DNA from: Myxococcota bacterium
GTDB taxonomy: Bacteria > Myxococcota_A > UBA9160 > SZUA-336
Length of the DNA stretch: 64,000 bases
Reading direction: 5' to 3'
Assembly: GCA_965247115.1 (NCBI GenBank)
Contig: CBDFGR010000002.1
Location: 1,696,001 to 1,760,000, forward strand
This document shows, piece after piece, positions 52,700 through 62,403 of this stretch. The translations under genes were made by a program, and so were the position numbers. The notes under the pieces are model-generated. The model saw only the letters and a program-made list of their open reading frames with translations, did not search any database and was not told the origin of the DNA. Each line of letters begins with the position of its first letter. The first letter of the stretch is position 1.

Positions 52700-52845
52700 G
52701 CCAGCCTCCGGGTGCGAGATCCCTGCGCTCCCTCGGCTCAGTGTAGGACGCTTTCGTTCAGGAGTCGCGCCGCTCTTCCAGTGTCTCTCCCTGCGGGGCC
52801 GAATCCGTGCCCGGGCTCCTGCATGCCGCGAGTATACTGCGCGCC

Positions 52846-53484
52846 ATGCGCTCCCTAGTCATTGGTGTCGCGGGCGGGACCGGGGCCGGCAAGACGACGC
52901 TCGTGCGCGCCCTGGTGAGGGAGCTCGGGGCGGACCAGGTGCTCGTGATCCAGCACGACTCGTACTACGCAGATCAGAGTCACCTCGAGCCGGCCGAGCG
53001 GAGCAAGCTGAACTACGACCATCCGGACGCGCTGGAGACCGAGCTGCTCGGCAGCCACCTGCGGGCCCTCGTCGACGGGCTCTCGGTGGAGATCCCGGAA
53101 TACGACTTCGCGACGCACGAGCGCCTGCCCGGGCGGCGACGACGGACGCCACGGAGCGTGATCCTCGTCGACGGTATCCTGTGCCTGGCGGATGCGGTCC
53201 TGCGCGAGCTGATGGACCTGCGGGTCTTCGTCGAGGCTCCAGACGACATCCGTCTCATCCGCCGTTTGCGTCGCGACCTCGAAGAGCGCGGGCGTACGCC
53301 CGCGTCCGTGATCGACCAATACTTGGAGAGCGTGCGCCGCATGCACCTCGAGTTCGTGGAGCCGAGCAAGCGACACGCAGACATGATCGTGCACGAGGGC
53401 GGCGAGAACCGCGCCGCGATCGAGGCGATCGCGTGGCGCATCCGTGAGCTACGCAGCGCGGCTGCGGCAGGGGGGGCAACGTGA
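52846..53484 (+). CDS. udk: Uridine kinase
   Basis: GVAGGTGAGKTT, DSYY, NYDHPDA, RRLRRD, FVEPSK. Confidence 0.93.
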   Translation: MRSLVIGVAGGTGAGKTTLVRALVRELGADQVLVIQHDSYYADQSHLEPAERSKLNYDHPDALETELLGSHLRALVDGLSVEIPEYDFATHERLPGRRRRTPRSVILVDGILCLADAVLRELMDLRVFVEAPDDIRLIRRLRRDLEERGRTPASVIDQYLESVRRMHLEFVEPSKRHADMIVHEGGENRAAIEAIAWRIRELRSAAAAGGAT

Positions 53485-54599
53485 AGCGAAGGGAGTTCTT
53501 GAGATCCGCAACGACCGGTCTGATCGGCGCCGCCGCGCTCGGGGCTTGTGCCGACGAGGCTGCAGAGGGTGTCGGACCGGCCGTGCAGCCCAAGGAGCGA
53601 GTCTCGTGGAGGCTGGTCTCGAGCTTTCCACGCGGGCTCGACACGATCTATGGCGCCGCCGAAGTTCTGGCCGAGCGCACGCTCCAGATGTCGGATGGAC
53701 GCTTTCGGATCCGCGCGTATCCCGCCGGTGAGATCGTTCCGGGGCTTCAGGTGCTCGACGCCGTTCAGCAGGGAACGGTGCAGGTCGGCCAGACCGCGAG
53801 CTACTACTACACGGGGAAGAACCAGGCCTTCGCATTCGACACTGCGGTTCCCTTCGGCCTGTCCTCGCGCCAGCAGGCGGCGTGGCTGCTCGAGGGAGGA
53901 GGTGCGGAGCTCCTGGAGCCGCTCTTCTCCGAGTTCAACCTGGTCCGCTTCTACGGCGGCAGCACGGGTGCGCAGATGGGGGGCTGGTTCAACCGCGAGC
54001 TCAAGTCGGTTGCCGATATCCAGGGGCTCAGGATGCGGATTCCGGGACCGGGCGGGGAGGTCATGAGTCGGCTCGGTGCCACGGTGCAGGTCCTGGCCGG
54101 CGGCGACATCTACCTCGCGCTCGAGCGCGGCGCCATCGATGCTACGGAGTGGGTCGGTCCGTATGACGACGAGAAGCTCGGCTTTCACAAGGCGGCGAAG
54201 TACTACTACTACCCGGGCTGGTGGGAGCCTGGACCGTCGCTTTCCTTCTACGTGAACAAGCAGGCGTGGGAGGGTCTGTCGACGGAGTTTCAGAGCATCT
54301 TCCGCAGCGCATGTCACGACGCGGGGACCGTCATGCAGGCGCGCTATGACGCCAGGAACCCGCCCGCAATGACCCGTCTCATGGCGAGTGGCGTGCAGTG
54401 GCGACCCTTTACGGACGACGTCATGAGGGCGGCGCGACGCGTGTCGATCGCCGTCCTCGAGGAGAACGCGGCGGCGGACCCCGCCTATCGCGTTATCTAC
54501 GAGGCGTGGAAGAAGTTCCGGGACGAATCTTTCGCCTGGTTCGCCACCGCCGAGCTTGCCTACGCGGCTTTCTCGTTCACCCGGCCCGGTTCTAGCTGA
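53481..54599 (+). CDS. dctP: TRAP substrate-binding protein (TakP-like), Tat signal
   Basis: KRREFL, QMGGWF, MRIPG, DATEWVGPYDD, YYPGWWEP. Confidence 0.92.
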   Translation: MKRREFLRSATTGLIGAAALGACADEAAEGVGPAVQPKERVSWRLVSSFPRGLDTIYGAAEVLAERTLQMSDGRFRIRAYPAGEIVPGLQVLDAVQQGTVQVGQTASYYYTGKNQAFAFDTAVPFGLSSRQQAAWLLEGGGAELLEPLFSEFNLVRFYGGSTGAQMGGWFNRELKSVADIQGLRMRIPGPGGEVMSRLGATVQVLAGGDIYLALERGAIDATEWVGPYDDEKLGFHKAAKYYYYPGWWEPGPSLSFYVNKQAWEGLSTEFQSIFRSACHDAGTVMQARYDARNPPAMTRLMASGVQWRPFTDDVMRAARRVSIAVLEENAAADPAYRVIYEAWKKFRDESFAWFATAELAYAAFSFTRPGSS

Positions 54600-55914
54600 G
54601 CGCCCACGTCACGAGCTCCGGATAGATCACGATCAGGCTGAGGCCGATGAGCTGGATCACGATGAAGGGGATGGCGCCCCGGTAGATCTGCGTGGTGCGG
54701 ACCTCCGGCGGTGCGACGCCCCGGAGGTAGAAGAGCGCGAAGCCAAAGGGAGGAGTGAGAAACGAGGTCTGCAGGTTCATCCCGACCATCACGCCGAACC
54801 AGACCAGGTCGATCCCGAGCAGCTGTGCGGCCGGCACGAGCAACGGAAGCAGGATGAAGGCGATCTCGAAGAAGTCGAGGAAGAAGCCGAGCACGAAGAT
54901 CGACAGGTTCGCGACGATGAGCATGCCGACCACGCCGCCCGGTAGGTTCGTCAACAGCTCCTCGATCCAGATGTCGCCGTTCAGCCCACGGAACACCAGC
55001 GCGAAGGCAGTGGACCCGATCAGCAGGAAGAGCACCATCGCGGTCAGGCTGGTGGTGGCCTCGGCGGTCGAGCGCAGCGCGGTCATGTCGAGGCGGCGGT
55101 TCAGCGCCGCAAGCAGGATCGCGCCGAGCGCGCCGAGTGCGCCCGCCTCCGTCGGAGTCGCCACACCCGCAAAGATGCTCCCGAGCACGAGCAGGATGAG
55201 CACGAGCGGCGGAAGCATGACGAGGGCCACGCGGCGGGCGAGGGCGGCGGGCGGGAGCCCTCGCTCCTCTGCTGGCAGCGCTGGCGCTGCCAGCGGTCGG
55301 AGCAGCGCCACCGCAACTACGTAGAGGGCGTACATTCCGGCCAGGATCAGGCCAGGAAACAGCGCTCCCAGGAACAGGTCTCCCACCGATACGCCGAGCT
55401 GGTCGCCGAGCACCACCAGCACCACGGAAGGGGGGATGATCTGTCCGAGCGTTCCAGCTGCGGTGATCACGCCGGCCGACAGCTCGGTGGAGTACCGGTA
55501 GCGGAGCATGACGGGTAAGGAGATCAGACCCATTGCGACAACGGAGGCACCGACCACTCCCGTCGCGGCAGCGAGCAGCGTGCCGACGATGACGACCGCA
55601 AGCGCGAGCCCGCCGCGCAACGGCCCGAACAGCAGGCCGATGGTATGCAGCAGGTCCTCTGCCAGGCGCGAGCGCTCCAGCATGGTTCCCATGAAGACGA
55701 AGAACGGGACCGCGAGCAGGACGCCGTTCAGCATGATGCCGAAGATCCGCTCCGGCAACGCGAAGAGCAGACTCGCCTCGAAGTAGCCGGCCGCGACGCC
55801 GACCACGGCAAAGAGGAGCGACGTCCCGCCCAGCGCGAACGCCACGGGATACCCCGAGAAGATGAGCAGGAACGCCACCACGAACATGAGCGGCCCGAGC
55901 CAGTCACCGCTCAC
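54592..55914 (-). CDS. dctM: TRAP large permease
   Basis: GTLGQIIPPS, ATPTEAG, LTPPFG. Confidence 0.93.
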   Translation of the reverse strand: MSGDWLGPLMFVVAFLLIFSGYPVAFALGGTSLLFAVVGVAAGYFEASLLFALPERIFGIMLNGVLLAVPFFVFMGTMLERSRLAEDLLHTIGLLFGPLRGGLALAVVIVGTLLAAATGVVGASVVAMGLISLPVMLRYRYSTELSAGVITAAGTLGQIIPPSVVLVVLGDQLGVSVGDLFLGALFPGLILAGMYALYVVAVALLRPLAAPALPAEERGLPPAALARRVALVMLPPLVLILLVLGSIFAGVATPTEAGALGALGAILLAALNRRLDMTALRSTAEATTSLTAMVLFLLIGSTAFALVFRGLNGDIWIEELLTNLPGGVVGMLIVANLSIFVLGFFLDFFEIAFILLPLLVPAAQLLGIDLVWFGVMVGMNLQTSFLTPPFGFALFYLRGVAPPEVRTTQIYRGAIPFIVIQLIGLSLIVIYPELVTWALS

Positions 55915-56450
55915 TCCTGCTCTCCTTCGGTCTCATGGCCGCGCAGGCGCGCCACCTGCACGATCGCCTGAGAGACGCCCTGCAAGATCAGGAGCGCGAA
56001 CGCGAGGGGAACGAGAGTCTTCAGGGGATAGCGTGGCAAGCCGCTCGGATCGGGGGAATCCTCGACGATGGCCCACGAGTTGCTCACGGCCGGCCAGGCC
56101 ATGGCGAGCGCGAACGCGCAAAACGGAAGCAGAAAGAGCAGCGTCCCGACAAGATCGATCCAGGCCTGGCCGCGGCTGCCTAGGCGACCGTAGAGCACGT
56201 CCACGCGAACGTGCTCGTCTTTGCAGAGCACCGCGGCCGCAGCCAGCAGAAAGAGCGCGCTGAACAGGTACTGCTGCAGCTCCAGGTAGGCGTTGGAGCT
56301 CAGGTTGAAGCCGATGAAGCGCCCGACGTAGCGGGCCAGTGCGTTGTACGCGCCGATCACAATCATCAGCAGCGCGAGCCAGGCGACCAGTCGACCCAGC
56401 GCGAGGTTCAAACGATCGATCCAGCGAGAGAGCCGCAACCAGCCGCGCAC
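55911..56450 (-). CDS. dctQ: TRAP small permease
   Basis: ELQQYLF, HVRVDVLY, four TM. Confidence 0.9.
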   Translation of the reverse strand: MRGWLRLSRWIDRLNLALGRLVAWLALLMIVIGAYNALARYVGRFIGFNLSSNAYLELQQYLFSALFLLAAAAVLCKDEHVRVDVLYGRLGSRGQAWIDLVGTLLFLLPFCAFALAMAWPAVSNSWAIVEDSPDPSGLPRYPLKTLVPLAFALLILQGVSQAIVQVARLRGHETEGEQE

Positions 56451-56456
56451 GTGCGC

Positions 56457-56464
56457 AGTATACT
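56457..56464. promoter_or_regulatory. Palindromic bidirectional -10 element AGTATACT
   Basis: TATACT on both strands, each 6 nt before a GTG (56471 +, 56450 -). Confidence 0.65.
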
Positions 56465-56506
56465 GGCGGTGTGAGCGAGTCCCTCGACCAGCCAGAGGCC
56501 TGACCG

Positions 56507-57361
56507 CTGCGCCGAAGGCTCGCGATTGCGGCGCTCCGCGCGCTGCCGAAGAGCGCGTTCTCGCGCCTGCTGGGCCTGCTGGCCAGGCTCCGGCTACCCC
56601 GCCCGTTGCTGCGCGGCCAGATCTGGCTCTTCGGCAGGGTTGTGGGCGTGAACTTTGACGAGGTTCGGGATCCTCTCGACTCCTTCGCGAGCTTTCAGCA
56701 CTTCTTCACGCGCGCTCTCAAACCCTACGCGCGTCCGATCGATCCAGCGACCGACGCCGTGGTCGCACCCTGCGACGGGGCCTGGGGCGAGTCGGGAGAT
56801 GTCTCGCAGGGGACGCTTCTGCAGGCAAAGGGACGCTCGTACTCGATTGCCGCGCTGCTCGGGAGCGCGGAAGACGCCGCACACTTCGAGGGCGGCTGCT
56901 TCGCCACCTTCTATCTCGCCCCGGGGGACTACCATCGCTTTCACGCGCCGATTGCCGCGCGCGTGACGAGGGTCTCCTACCTGCCCGGAACGCTCTGGCC
57001 CGTGAATCGCACCGGTGTCGAGAGCATCGAGCAGCTCTTCGCGCGCAACGAGCGGATCTGCGCGTTCATGCAGGCGACGGGGGGCATGCTCTGCCTGGTC
57101 GCGATCGGCGCCACAGGCGTCGGCAGGGTGCGGATCCGCTTCGATGACCTCGTCACGAACGCGCGCAACGCCAGGGCGGAGGTGCGAGAGTACGGCGCCT
57201 CCGGGCCCAGCCTGGCCAGGGGCGAGGAGTGGGGCCGCTTCGAGCTCGGCTCCACGATCGTCGCGCTCGCAACGCCCGGCTGGCTCGACCTCACCAGTGC
57301 GGTGTCGGGCCAGCCCGTGCGTCTGGGAGAGCGGATCGGAACCCTGCGGTCAGGAGGCTGA
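56507..57361 (+). CDS. psd: Phosphatidylserine decarboxylase; start uncertain (CTG 56507, or GTG 56471 with in-frame TGA)
   Basis: FFTRALK, PCDG, YLAPGDYHRFH, RNER, FELGST self-cleavage motif. Confidence 0.88.
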   Translation: MRRRLAIAALRALPKSAFSRLLGLLARLRLPRPLLRGQIWLFGRVVGVNFDEVRDPLDSFASFQHFFTRALKPYARPIDPATDAVVAPCDGAWGESGDVSQGTLLQAKGRSYSIAALLGSAEDAAHFEGGCFATFYLAPGDYHRFHAPIAARVTRVSYLPGTLWPVNRTGVESIEQLFARNERICAFMQATGGMLCLVAIGATGVGRVRIRFDDLVTNARNARAEVREYGASGPSLARGEEWGRFELGSTIVALATPGWLDLTSAVSGQPVRLGERIGTLRSGG

Positions 57362-57763
57362 GCCCGTCCCCTGCGCGCCGGATCCGGCTCCACGCAGAGC
57401 ATCCAGACTCCAGACGCCGGCACCCTTCGCCGCCATCAGCAAAAAGATAAAGCAGAAGAGCACGGCAGGGTCGCCGCGGTTCAGCAGGGGGATGAGGCCC
57501 TGGGGCTGATGCGCCATGAAGTAGGCCACAGCTATCTCCCCGCTGCAGATGAAGGCCGTCCAGGGCGTGAACAGGCCCAGGGTGATCAGAGCTCCTCCGA
57601 CAGCCTCGACCAAGGCGGCGGGGTACAGGATGGCGGCCGGCATCTCGCCTCCGCCTCCGACGATGAGCAGTACTTTCTGAACGCCGTGGCTCACGAAGAG
57701 GAACCCGACCACGATCCGCATGGCCGCGTAAATCTGATCCTCGTAGCGCCTCAGTAGTTCCAT
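57350..57763 (-). CDS. DoxX family membrane protein
   Basis: RIVVGFLFVSHGVQK, LGLFT, GAGVWSLD. Confidence 0.9.
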   Translation of the reverse strand: MELLRRYEDQIYAAMRIVVGFLFVSHGVQKVLLIVGGGGEMPAAILYPAALVEAVGGALITLGLFTPWTAFICSGEIAVAYFMAHQPQGLIPLLNRGDPAVLFCFIFLLMAAKGAGVWSLDALRGAGSGAQGTGSAS

Positions 57764-57893
57764 CGAGCCTCCTCCTTGCGTGGTGTCACCGTTATACCCC
57801 CTTGGACGAGGCCGGGGGAAGAAACGGGTCTTCGGCGCCCGCCGCGAGGTGAGCCCGTGATAGCATGACCGCAGAGCGCAGCACGGAGGCGAG

Positions 57894-58178
57894 ATGTCGA
57901 TACGGTTGACGGTTCAGTTGAACGTTCAGGAAGGGAAGTCGAGCGAGTTCGAGGCCACCGCAGGAGGCGCGGCGTCTACGGTGCGGGCCGAGGACAAGGG
58001 CTGCGAGATGTACGACCTGTTCAAGAGCGTAGACGACGACACCCGTTACGTGCTCGTGGAGGCCTGGGCCACCAAGGAGGATCTCGACGCCCACGGAACC
58101 TCCCCAGGCATGGCCGAGATGCAGAAGATCGGCGGGCTCCTGGTGGGCCGGCCGACGATGCACCGCTACGAGGACTGA
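57894..58178 (+). CDS. ABM-family putative monooxygenase
   Basis: RAEDKGC..YDL, LVEAW, LDAH. Confidence 0.85.
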   Translation: MSIRLTVQLNVQEGKSSEFEATAGGAASTVRAEDKGCEMYDLFKSVDDDTRYVLVEAWATKEDLDAHGTSPGMAEMQKIGGLLVGRPTMHRYED

Positions 58179-58196
58179 TCCCCGGGGAGCGCTCGC

Positions 58197-60266
58197 GTGA
58201 ACGGCGATGGGCGTGACAGCCTTTATCTGGATCGAGAAATCAGCAAGCTGTCGTATTTCGCGCGGCTGCTGCAGGAGGCGCGGGACCCCCGGGTTCCGCT
58301 GTACGACCGGATCAGGCTTCTGGCGATCTTCTCGGGGCAGCTCGACGAGTTCTTCCGCGTTCGAGTAGCGTCTCTGCTCAGCCTGCTCAGAGACGACGCC
58401 ACCACGACCGAAGAGTCCGGTCTCGATCCGGGCGACCTGTTGCACGAGATTCAGGCGATCGTGAACACGCAGCAGGAGGAGCTGGGCCCCATCTTCTGGA
58501 AGGCAGTGCAGGAGCTGAACGAGCTCGGGATCCACCTCGTGCGCGAGGACGCGTCGCCCGGCAGCGGCTTCTCAGCGCTAAGCAGGTCTCACGCGCGCTA
58601 CATCTCCCGCTGGTACACGCGCGAGCTCGCGCCGCTGCTCCGGCCCGAGCTTCTCGGTGCGCGAGCTCTCGAGCTGAAGAACGGAGTGTCGTACCTGGCT
58701 GTACGCCTCCGGGCGGCGGGTGGAGAGCCGCGCCTGGCGATCGTGGAGATTCCGACTGCGAAGGTGCCGCGTTTTCTGTCGCTTCCCGAGCGCGAAGGGC
58801 GCACAGAGATCATCTTCCTGGACGACGTCATTCGCTTCTCTCTCCGCGACATCTTTCCTGGCGACGAGCCCGGCGAAGCGCACGCCATCAAGCTGACCCG
58901 TGACGCGGAGCTTTATCTGGACGACGAGTTCTCCGGAGACATGCTGGAGAAGATCCGGGGCAGCCTGGAGCGGCGGGATACGGGGCTTCCGTCGCGCTTT
59001 CTCTACGACCCGACCATCCCGGAGGAGACCCTGCGGGAGCTCACTCTCGCGCTCGACCTGAGCCCCGACGAAATGTTCGTGGGCGGGCGCTACCACAACT
59101 GGAACGAGTTCGCCGACCTGCCGCTTCCCGAACGGGTGGGGTGCTCCGCGCCTGCCCTGGCTCCACTCCCCCATCCCGACGTGCTGCCGGACAAGTCGAT
59201 CTTCGAGCAGATTCAGCGCCGAGACTTCATGCTGTACTTCCCGTACCAGAGCTACGAGCCCGTGCTGCGCTTCTTGCGTGAGGCCTCCGTCGACCCGGAC
59301 GTCGAGTCGATCATGATCTCTCTCTACCGAGTGGCAGCAAATTCCGAGATCGTGCAGTCCCTGGTCCAGGCGGCCGATGGCGGAAAGGCGGTTACGGCCT
59401 TCGTCGAGGTGAAGGCGCGCTTTGACGAGGAATCGAATATCTACTGGGCGGAAAGGCTCGAGAAGGCGGGAGCGAAGGTCGTGTATCGCTGCCCCGGGCT
59501 GAAGGTGCACTCGAAGCTCTGTGTCGTCTCCCGTCGCGAGCGAGGGCAGCTCCGGGGCTACACCTACGTGAGCACGGGGAACTTCAACGAGAAGTCTGCC
59601 CGCACGTATTGCGACTTTGGCGTGTTCACGGGCGATCCGGCGATCGGAAGGGATGCGCACCACCTGTTCGAGTTCCTGCAGGACCCGTCTGGAGAGCCGG
59701 AGCTCGAGAAGCTCGTCGTAGCGCCCTTCACGCTAGGGAGCCGGCTCACGGAGTTCGTCGACCACGAGATCCGCAACGCGCGAGCGGGAAAGCCGGCGTC
59801 GATCCTGCTCAAGGTAAACAACCTCGAGGGCCCCGAGTTCATCTCCAAGCTCTACGAGGCCAGCGCGGCGGGCGTGAAGATCCGGCTGATCGTCCGGAGT
59901 ATCTGCTGTCTGGTGCCTGGCGTACCGGAGCTGAGCAAGAACATAGAGGTCATCAGCATCGTCGACCGCTTCCTCGAACATGCGAGGATTTACATCTTCC
60001 ACAACGGGGGAGACGAGCGCTTCTTCGTGGCCTCGGCGGACCTGATGACCCGGAACCTGAGCAAGCGCATCGAGGTGGTTCTTCCGATTCAGGACCCCGA
60101 ACACCGCGAGGTCCTCCGACGTATCGTCGAGCTGCAGTGGAACGACCCGGTCAAGGCGCGAATCATCGATTCGGAGCAGAGCAATCGCTATCGAGGACAG
60201 GGCAGAGGGCGCGGGAGCTCTCAGGAGGAGACCTACGAGCTGCTCGAGAAGATGTTTGCTGCTTGA
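58197..60266 (+). CDS. ppk1: Polyphosphate kinase 1
   Basis: DREIS, LDEFFRVRV, EVKARFDE, LKVHSK, TGNFN, DRFLEHAR, SADLMTRN. Confidence 0.95.
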   Translation: MNGDGRDSLYLDREISKLSYFARLLQEARDPRVPLYDRIRLLAIFSGQLDEFFRVRVASLLSLLRDDATTTEESGLDPGDLLHEIQAIVNTQQEELGPIFWKAVQELNELGIHLVREDASPGSGFSALSRSHARYISRWYTRELAPLLRPELLGARALELKNGVSYLAVRLRAAGGEPRLAIVEIPTAKVPRFLSLPEREGRTEIIFLDDVIRFSLRDIFPGDEPGEAHAIKLTRDAELYLDDEFSGDMLEKIRGSLERRDTGLPSRFLYDPTIPEETLRELTLALDLSPDEMFVGGRYHNWNEFADLPLPERVGCSAPALAPLPHPDVLPDKSIFEQIQRRDFMLYFPYQSYEPVLRFLREASVDPDVESIMISLYRVAANSEIVQSLVQAADGGKAVTAFVEVKARFDEESNIYWAERLEKAGAKVVYRCPGLKVHSKLCVVSRRERGQLRGYTYVSTGNFNEKSARTYCDFGVFTGDPAIGRDAHHLFEFLQDPSGEPELEKLVVAPFTLGSRLTEFVDHEIRNARAGKPASILLKVNNLEGPEFISKLYEASAAGVKIRLIVRSICCLVPGVPELSKNIEVISIVDRFLEHARIYIFHNGGDERFFVASADLMTRNLSKRIEVVLPIQDPEHREVLRRIVELQWNDPVKARIIDSEQSNRYRGQGRGRGSSQEETYELLEKMFAA

Positions 60267-61323
60267 TCTCTGTAGAACGCTCTGTACTGCCCTGCTCGTG
60301 CTCGGCGCGTGCGCCACGCCCCGGCTGCCCGTGCCGGGTCCTGCGGTCGACGACCGGCTCTTCGCCAGCCACGACATCTTTGCGCTCACGCTGGAGTTCG
60401 ATCTGGGCTCCGTGCTCGGCGAACGGAAGGGCAAGAGCACGTACCAGCCGGCGGTGCTGACCTACACCGATACGGCAGGCGAGCAGGTGCGGCTCGAGAT
60501 CCAGGTGAGGACGAGGGGAAAGTACCGACGAAGGCCCGCCACCTGCAACTTCCCGCCGCTGCGTTTGAACCTGGTGACCAAGCGAGCCAAGGGAACCGTG
60601 TTCGCGAAGCAGGACAAGCTCAAGCTCGTGACCCACTGCCGGGGACTCTACGAGCAGCTGGTGCTGAAGGAGCATCTGCTGTACCGCGCGTACAACCTGC
60701 TGACCGATCGCAGCTATCGCGTGCGGCTGGTCGAGGTGACGTACGTCGACTCTGCGCAGACGCGAGATCACGCCACCTACTACGCGTTCTTCATCGAAGC
60801 AAAGGAGACCATGGCGAAGCGCAACGGCTTCGTCGCCATCGAAGTGCCCAAGGTGGACGTCGACGACCTGGACAGAGGCGACGTGAATCGCCTCGAGGTC
60901 TTCGAGTACATGGTGGGAAACACCGACTGGTCCACGATTCGCGGGGCAGCGAACGACGACTGCTGCCACAACACCACTCCCATCCGCGGGGACAACGGCG
61001 CTGTCGTTTCCGTTCCCTTCGACTTTGATCTGTCGGGAGCCGTGGGCGCCCCGTACGCGACTCCGAACCCGGATCTCGGGATCCGCAGCGTGTACCAGCG
61101 GCTGTACCGCGGATACTGCGGATCCGAGGCGCAGCTCGAGAGCACGCTCCAGATCTTCCGATCGCGCAAGGAAGACATCTATGCCCTTTACAAGGGCGAG
61201 CCGCGTCTCGATACCTGGCGCGTCAACCAGATGATCGACTACCTCGACGAGTTCTACGCTACGATCGAGGACCCGGGCAAGGTGGAGCGGAGCCTGACTC
61301 GCAAGTGCAGGAAGGCTCCGTGA
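60256..61323 (+). CDS. Lipoprotein with CotH-like atypical kinase motifs
   Basis: LGAC lipobox; RG..R, KLVTHC, E.L.Y, FIE, GNTDW, HN, PFDFD; overlaps ppk1. Confidence 0.65.
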   Translation: MLLDLCRTLCTALLVLGACATPRLPVPGPAVDDRLFASHDIFALTLEFDLGSVLGERKGKSTYQPAVLTYTDTAGEQVRLEIQVRTRGKYRRRPATCNFPPLRLNLVTKRAKGTVFAKQDKLKLVTHCRGLYEQLVLKEHLLYRAYNLLTDRSYRVRLVEVTYVDSAQTRDHATYYAFFIEAKETMAKRNGFVAIEVPKVDVDDLDRGDVNRLEVFEYMVGNTDWSTIRGAANDDCCHNTTPIRGDNGAVVSVPFDFDLSGAVGAPYATPNPDLGIRSVYQRLYRGYCGSEAQLESTLQIFRSRKEDIYALYKGEPRLDTWRVNQMIDYLDEFYATIEDPGKVERSLTRKCRKAP

Positions 61324-61535
61324 GTCTTGTGGGACCCGGCCGTGGGCGGCCGCGGCCACCCACCTCCGCTCAGGGCTTCGCCCTTCGCTGCGCGCGCCGC
61401 TTCCGCGGCGCTTGCATGGGTGCCAAGCCCCGGAGGAGGTTGCCGGTTCTTCACGGAATCCGAACTTGGGGACGGTCCTTAATCCGAACTTCTTGGCGAT
61501 AACTTGGGGACGGTCCTTAATTATAATTTCTTAGG
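61321..61535 (+). repeat. Three-hairpin repeat A copy 6 plus two tandem module B copies
   Basis: TGAGTCTTGTGGGACCC...GCGGCGCTTGC, then AACTTGGGGACGGTCCTTAA twice. Confidence 0.92.
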
Positions 61536-61554
61536 TCGAAGTCGGAGCTTCTGG

Positions 61555-62403
61555 TCAGTGGGGCGGGACTCGCGCTTGCTCGAGCCGGGGTCGGTAGAGG
61601 GTGAGGTGGGCCCGGCCTCGGGCTCCCTCGTCTGCCAGGGCCAGCACGTCTTCCGCGAGGAGCGCGATCCCCTCGGGCTGACGATGGCGGCGGGGGAGGG
61701 CGCGGACGGAGACGACCTCGCCGTCCGGCGTGACCTCGGCCAGTGCGGATTCGCGAGCCGCGACGACGAAGTAGTGCCCCGTGTCGGGGTGCCGCTCGAT
61801 CCCGCTGGGGTGGAAGGAGTCTCTGCCGATCCCGGCGGCCAGGGTCGCGACGGAAATCAGGAGCGGCGCGTTCTCGCTAAGCGTCCTGCGTTCCAGAGAC
61901 CAGCGGTGGATCCGAATGAAGCCGTCCGGGCGGGGGGTCTTGCAGAGCAACAGAAGCGAGCGATCCGCTGGCTCGAACGCGAGCCCCTCGACGTCGCAGT
62001 CGCGGCCGATCCCCGTTCCGTAGGTGTTGTAGAGGACCCGCTCCCCGTCCGCGCCCTCGAGGCTCTCGTAGAGCCTGCCTGAGCTGGCCACGAGGTAGAA
62101 GCGATCGCCTGCGATCGCAATTCCCTCGAAGTCGTCGTGGACCGTTGCCTCGCCAAGGGCGAACGCCTTGACGAAGCGCCCGTGGCTGGGATCGATCTCG
62201 TAGATGATGCCGAGCTCGTCGCCGTGCCCGAAAAGACGCCCGTCCAGTGTGGCCAGCCCGGAGATCTCCTTGAGTCGCTCAGGCAGCCTCCAGCGCGTCA
62301 GCGTCTCCTCGGAGAGCGTGTAGGCGTCTAGTCCGACCGTTGCGCCGCTGAGACCCAGGCAGAGGAGTGCCGGCAGGGCCAGCCAGCTCCTTGCTCTACG
62401 CAT
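61555..62403 (-). CDS. Secreted SdiA-regulated/YjiK-like beta-propeller protein
   Basis: Signal peptide; LKEISGL, HGDE, DFEGI, DVEGL, PSGI, QPEGI blades. Confidence 0.8.
   Translation of the reverse strand: MRRARSWLALPALLCLGLSGATVGLDAYTLSEETLTRWRLPERLKEISGLATLDGRLFGHGDELGIIYEIDPSHGRFVKAFALGEATVHDDFEGIAIAGDRFYLVASSGRLYESLEGADGERVLYNTYGTGIGRDCDVEGLAFEPADRSLLLLCKTPRPDGFIRIHRWSLERRTLSENAPLLISVATLAAGIGRDSFHPSGIERHPDTGHYFVVAARESALAEVTPDGEVVSVRALPRRHRQPEGIALLAEDVLALADEGARGRAHLTLYRPRLEQARVPPH

Noticed and set aside
56501..56503. Selenocysteine in psd
   Set aside because: Non-conserved N-terminal position, no redox motif, no convincing SECIS; kept only as a start-site anomaly.
57894..60266. TGA readthrough fusion of ABM and ppk1 (same frame)
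   Set aside because: Both proteins are complete, there is no Cys-equivalent position, and ppk1 has its own RBS.
61490..61535. dif/Xer site
   Set aside because: AT-rich but does not fit the 11-6-11 XerC/XerD consensus; explained by module B.
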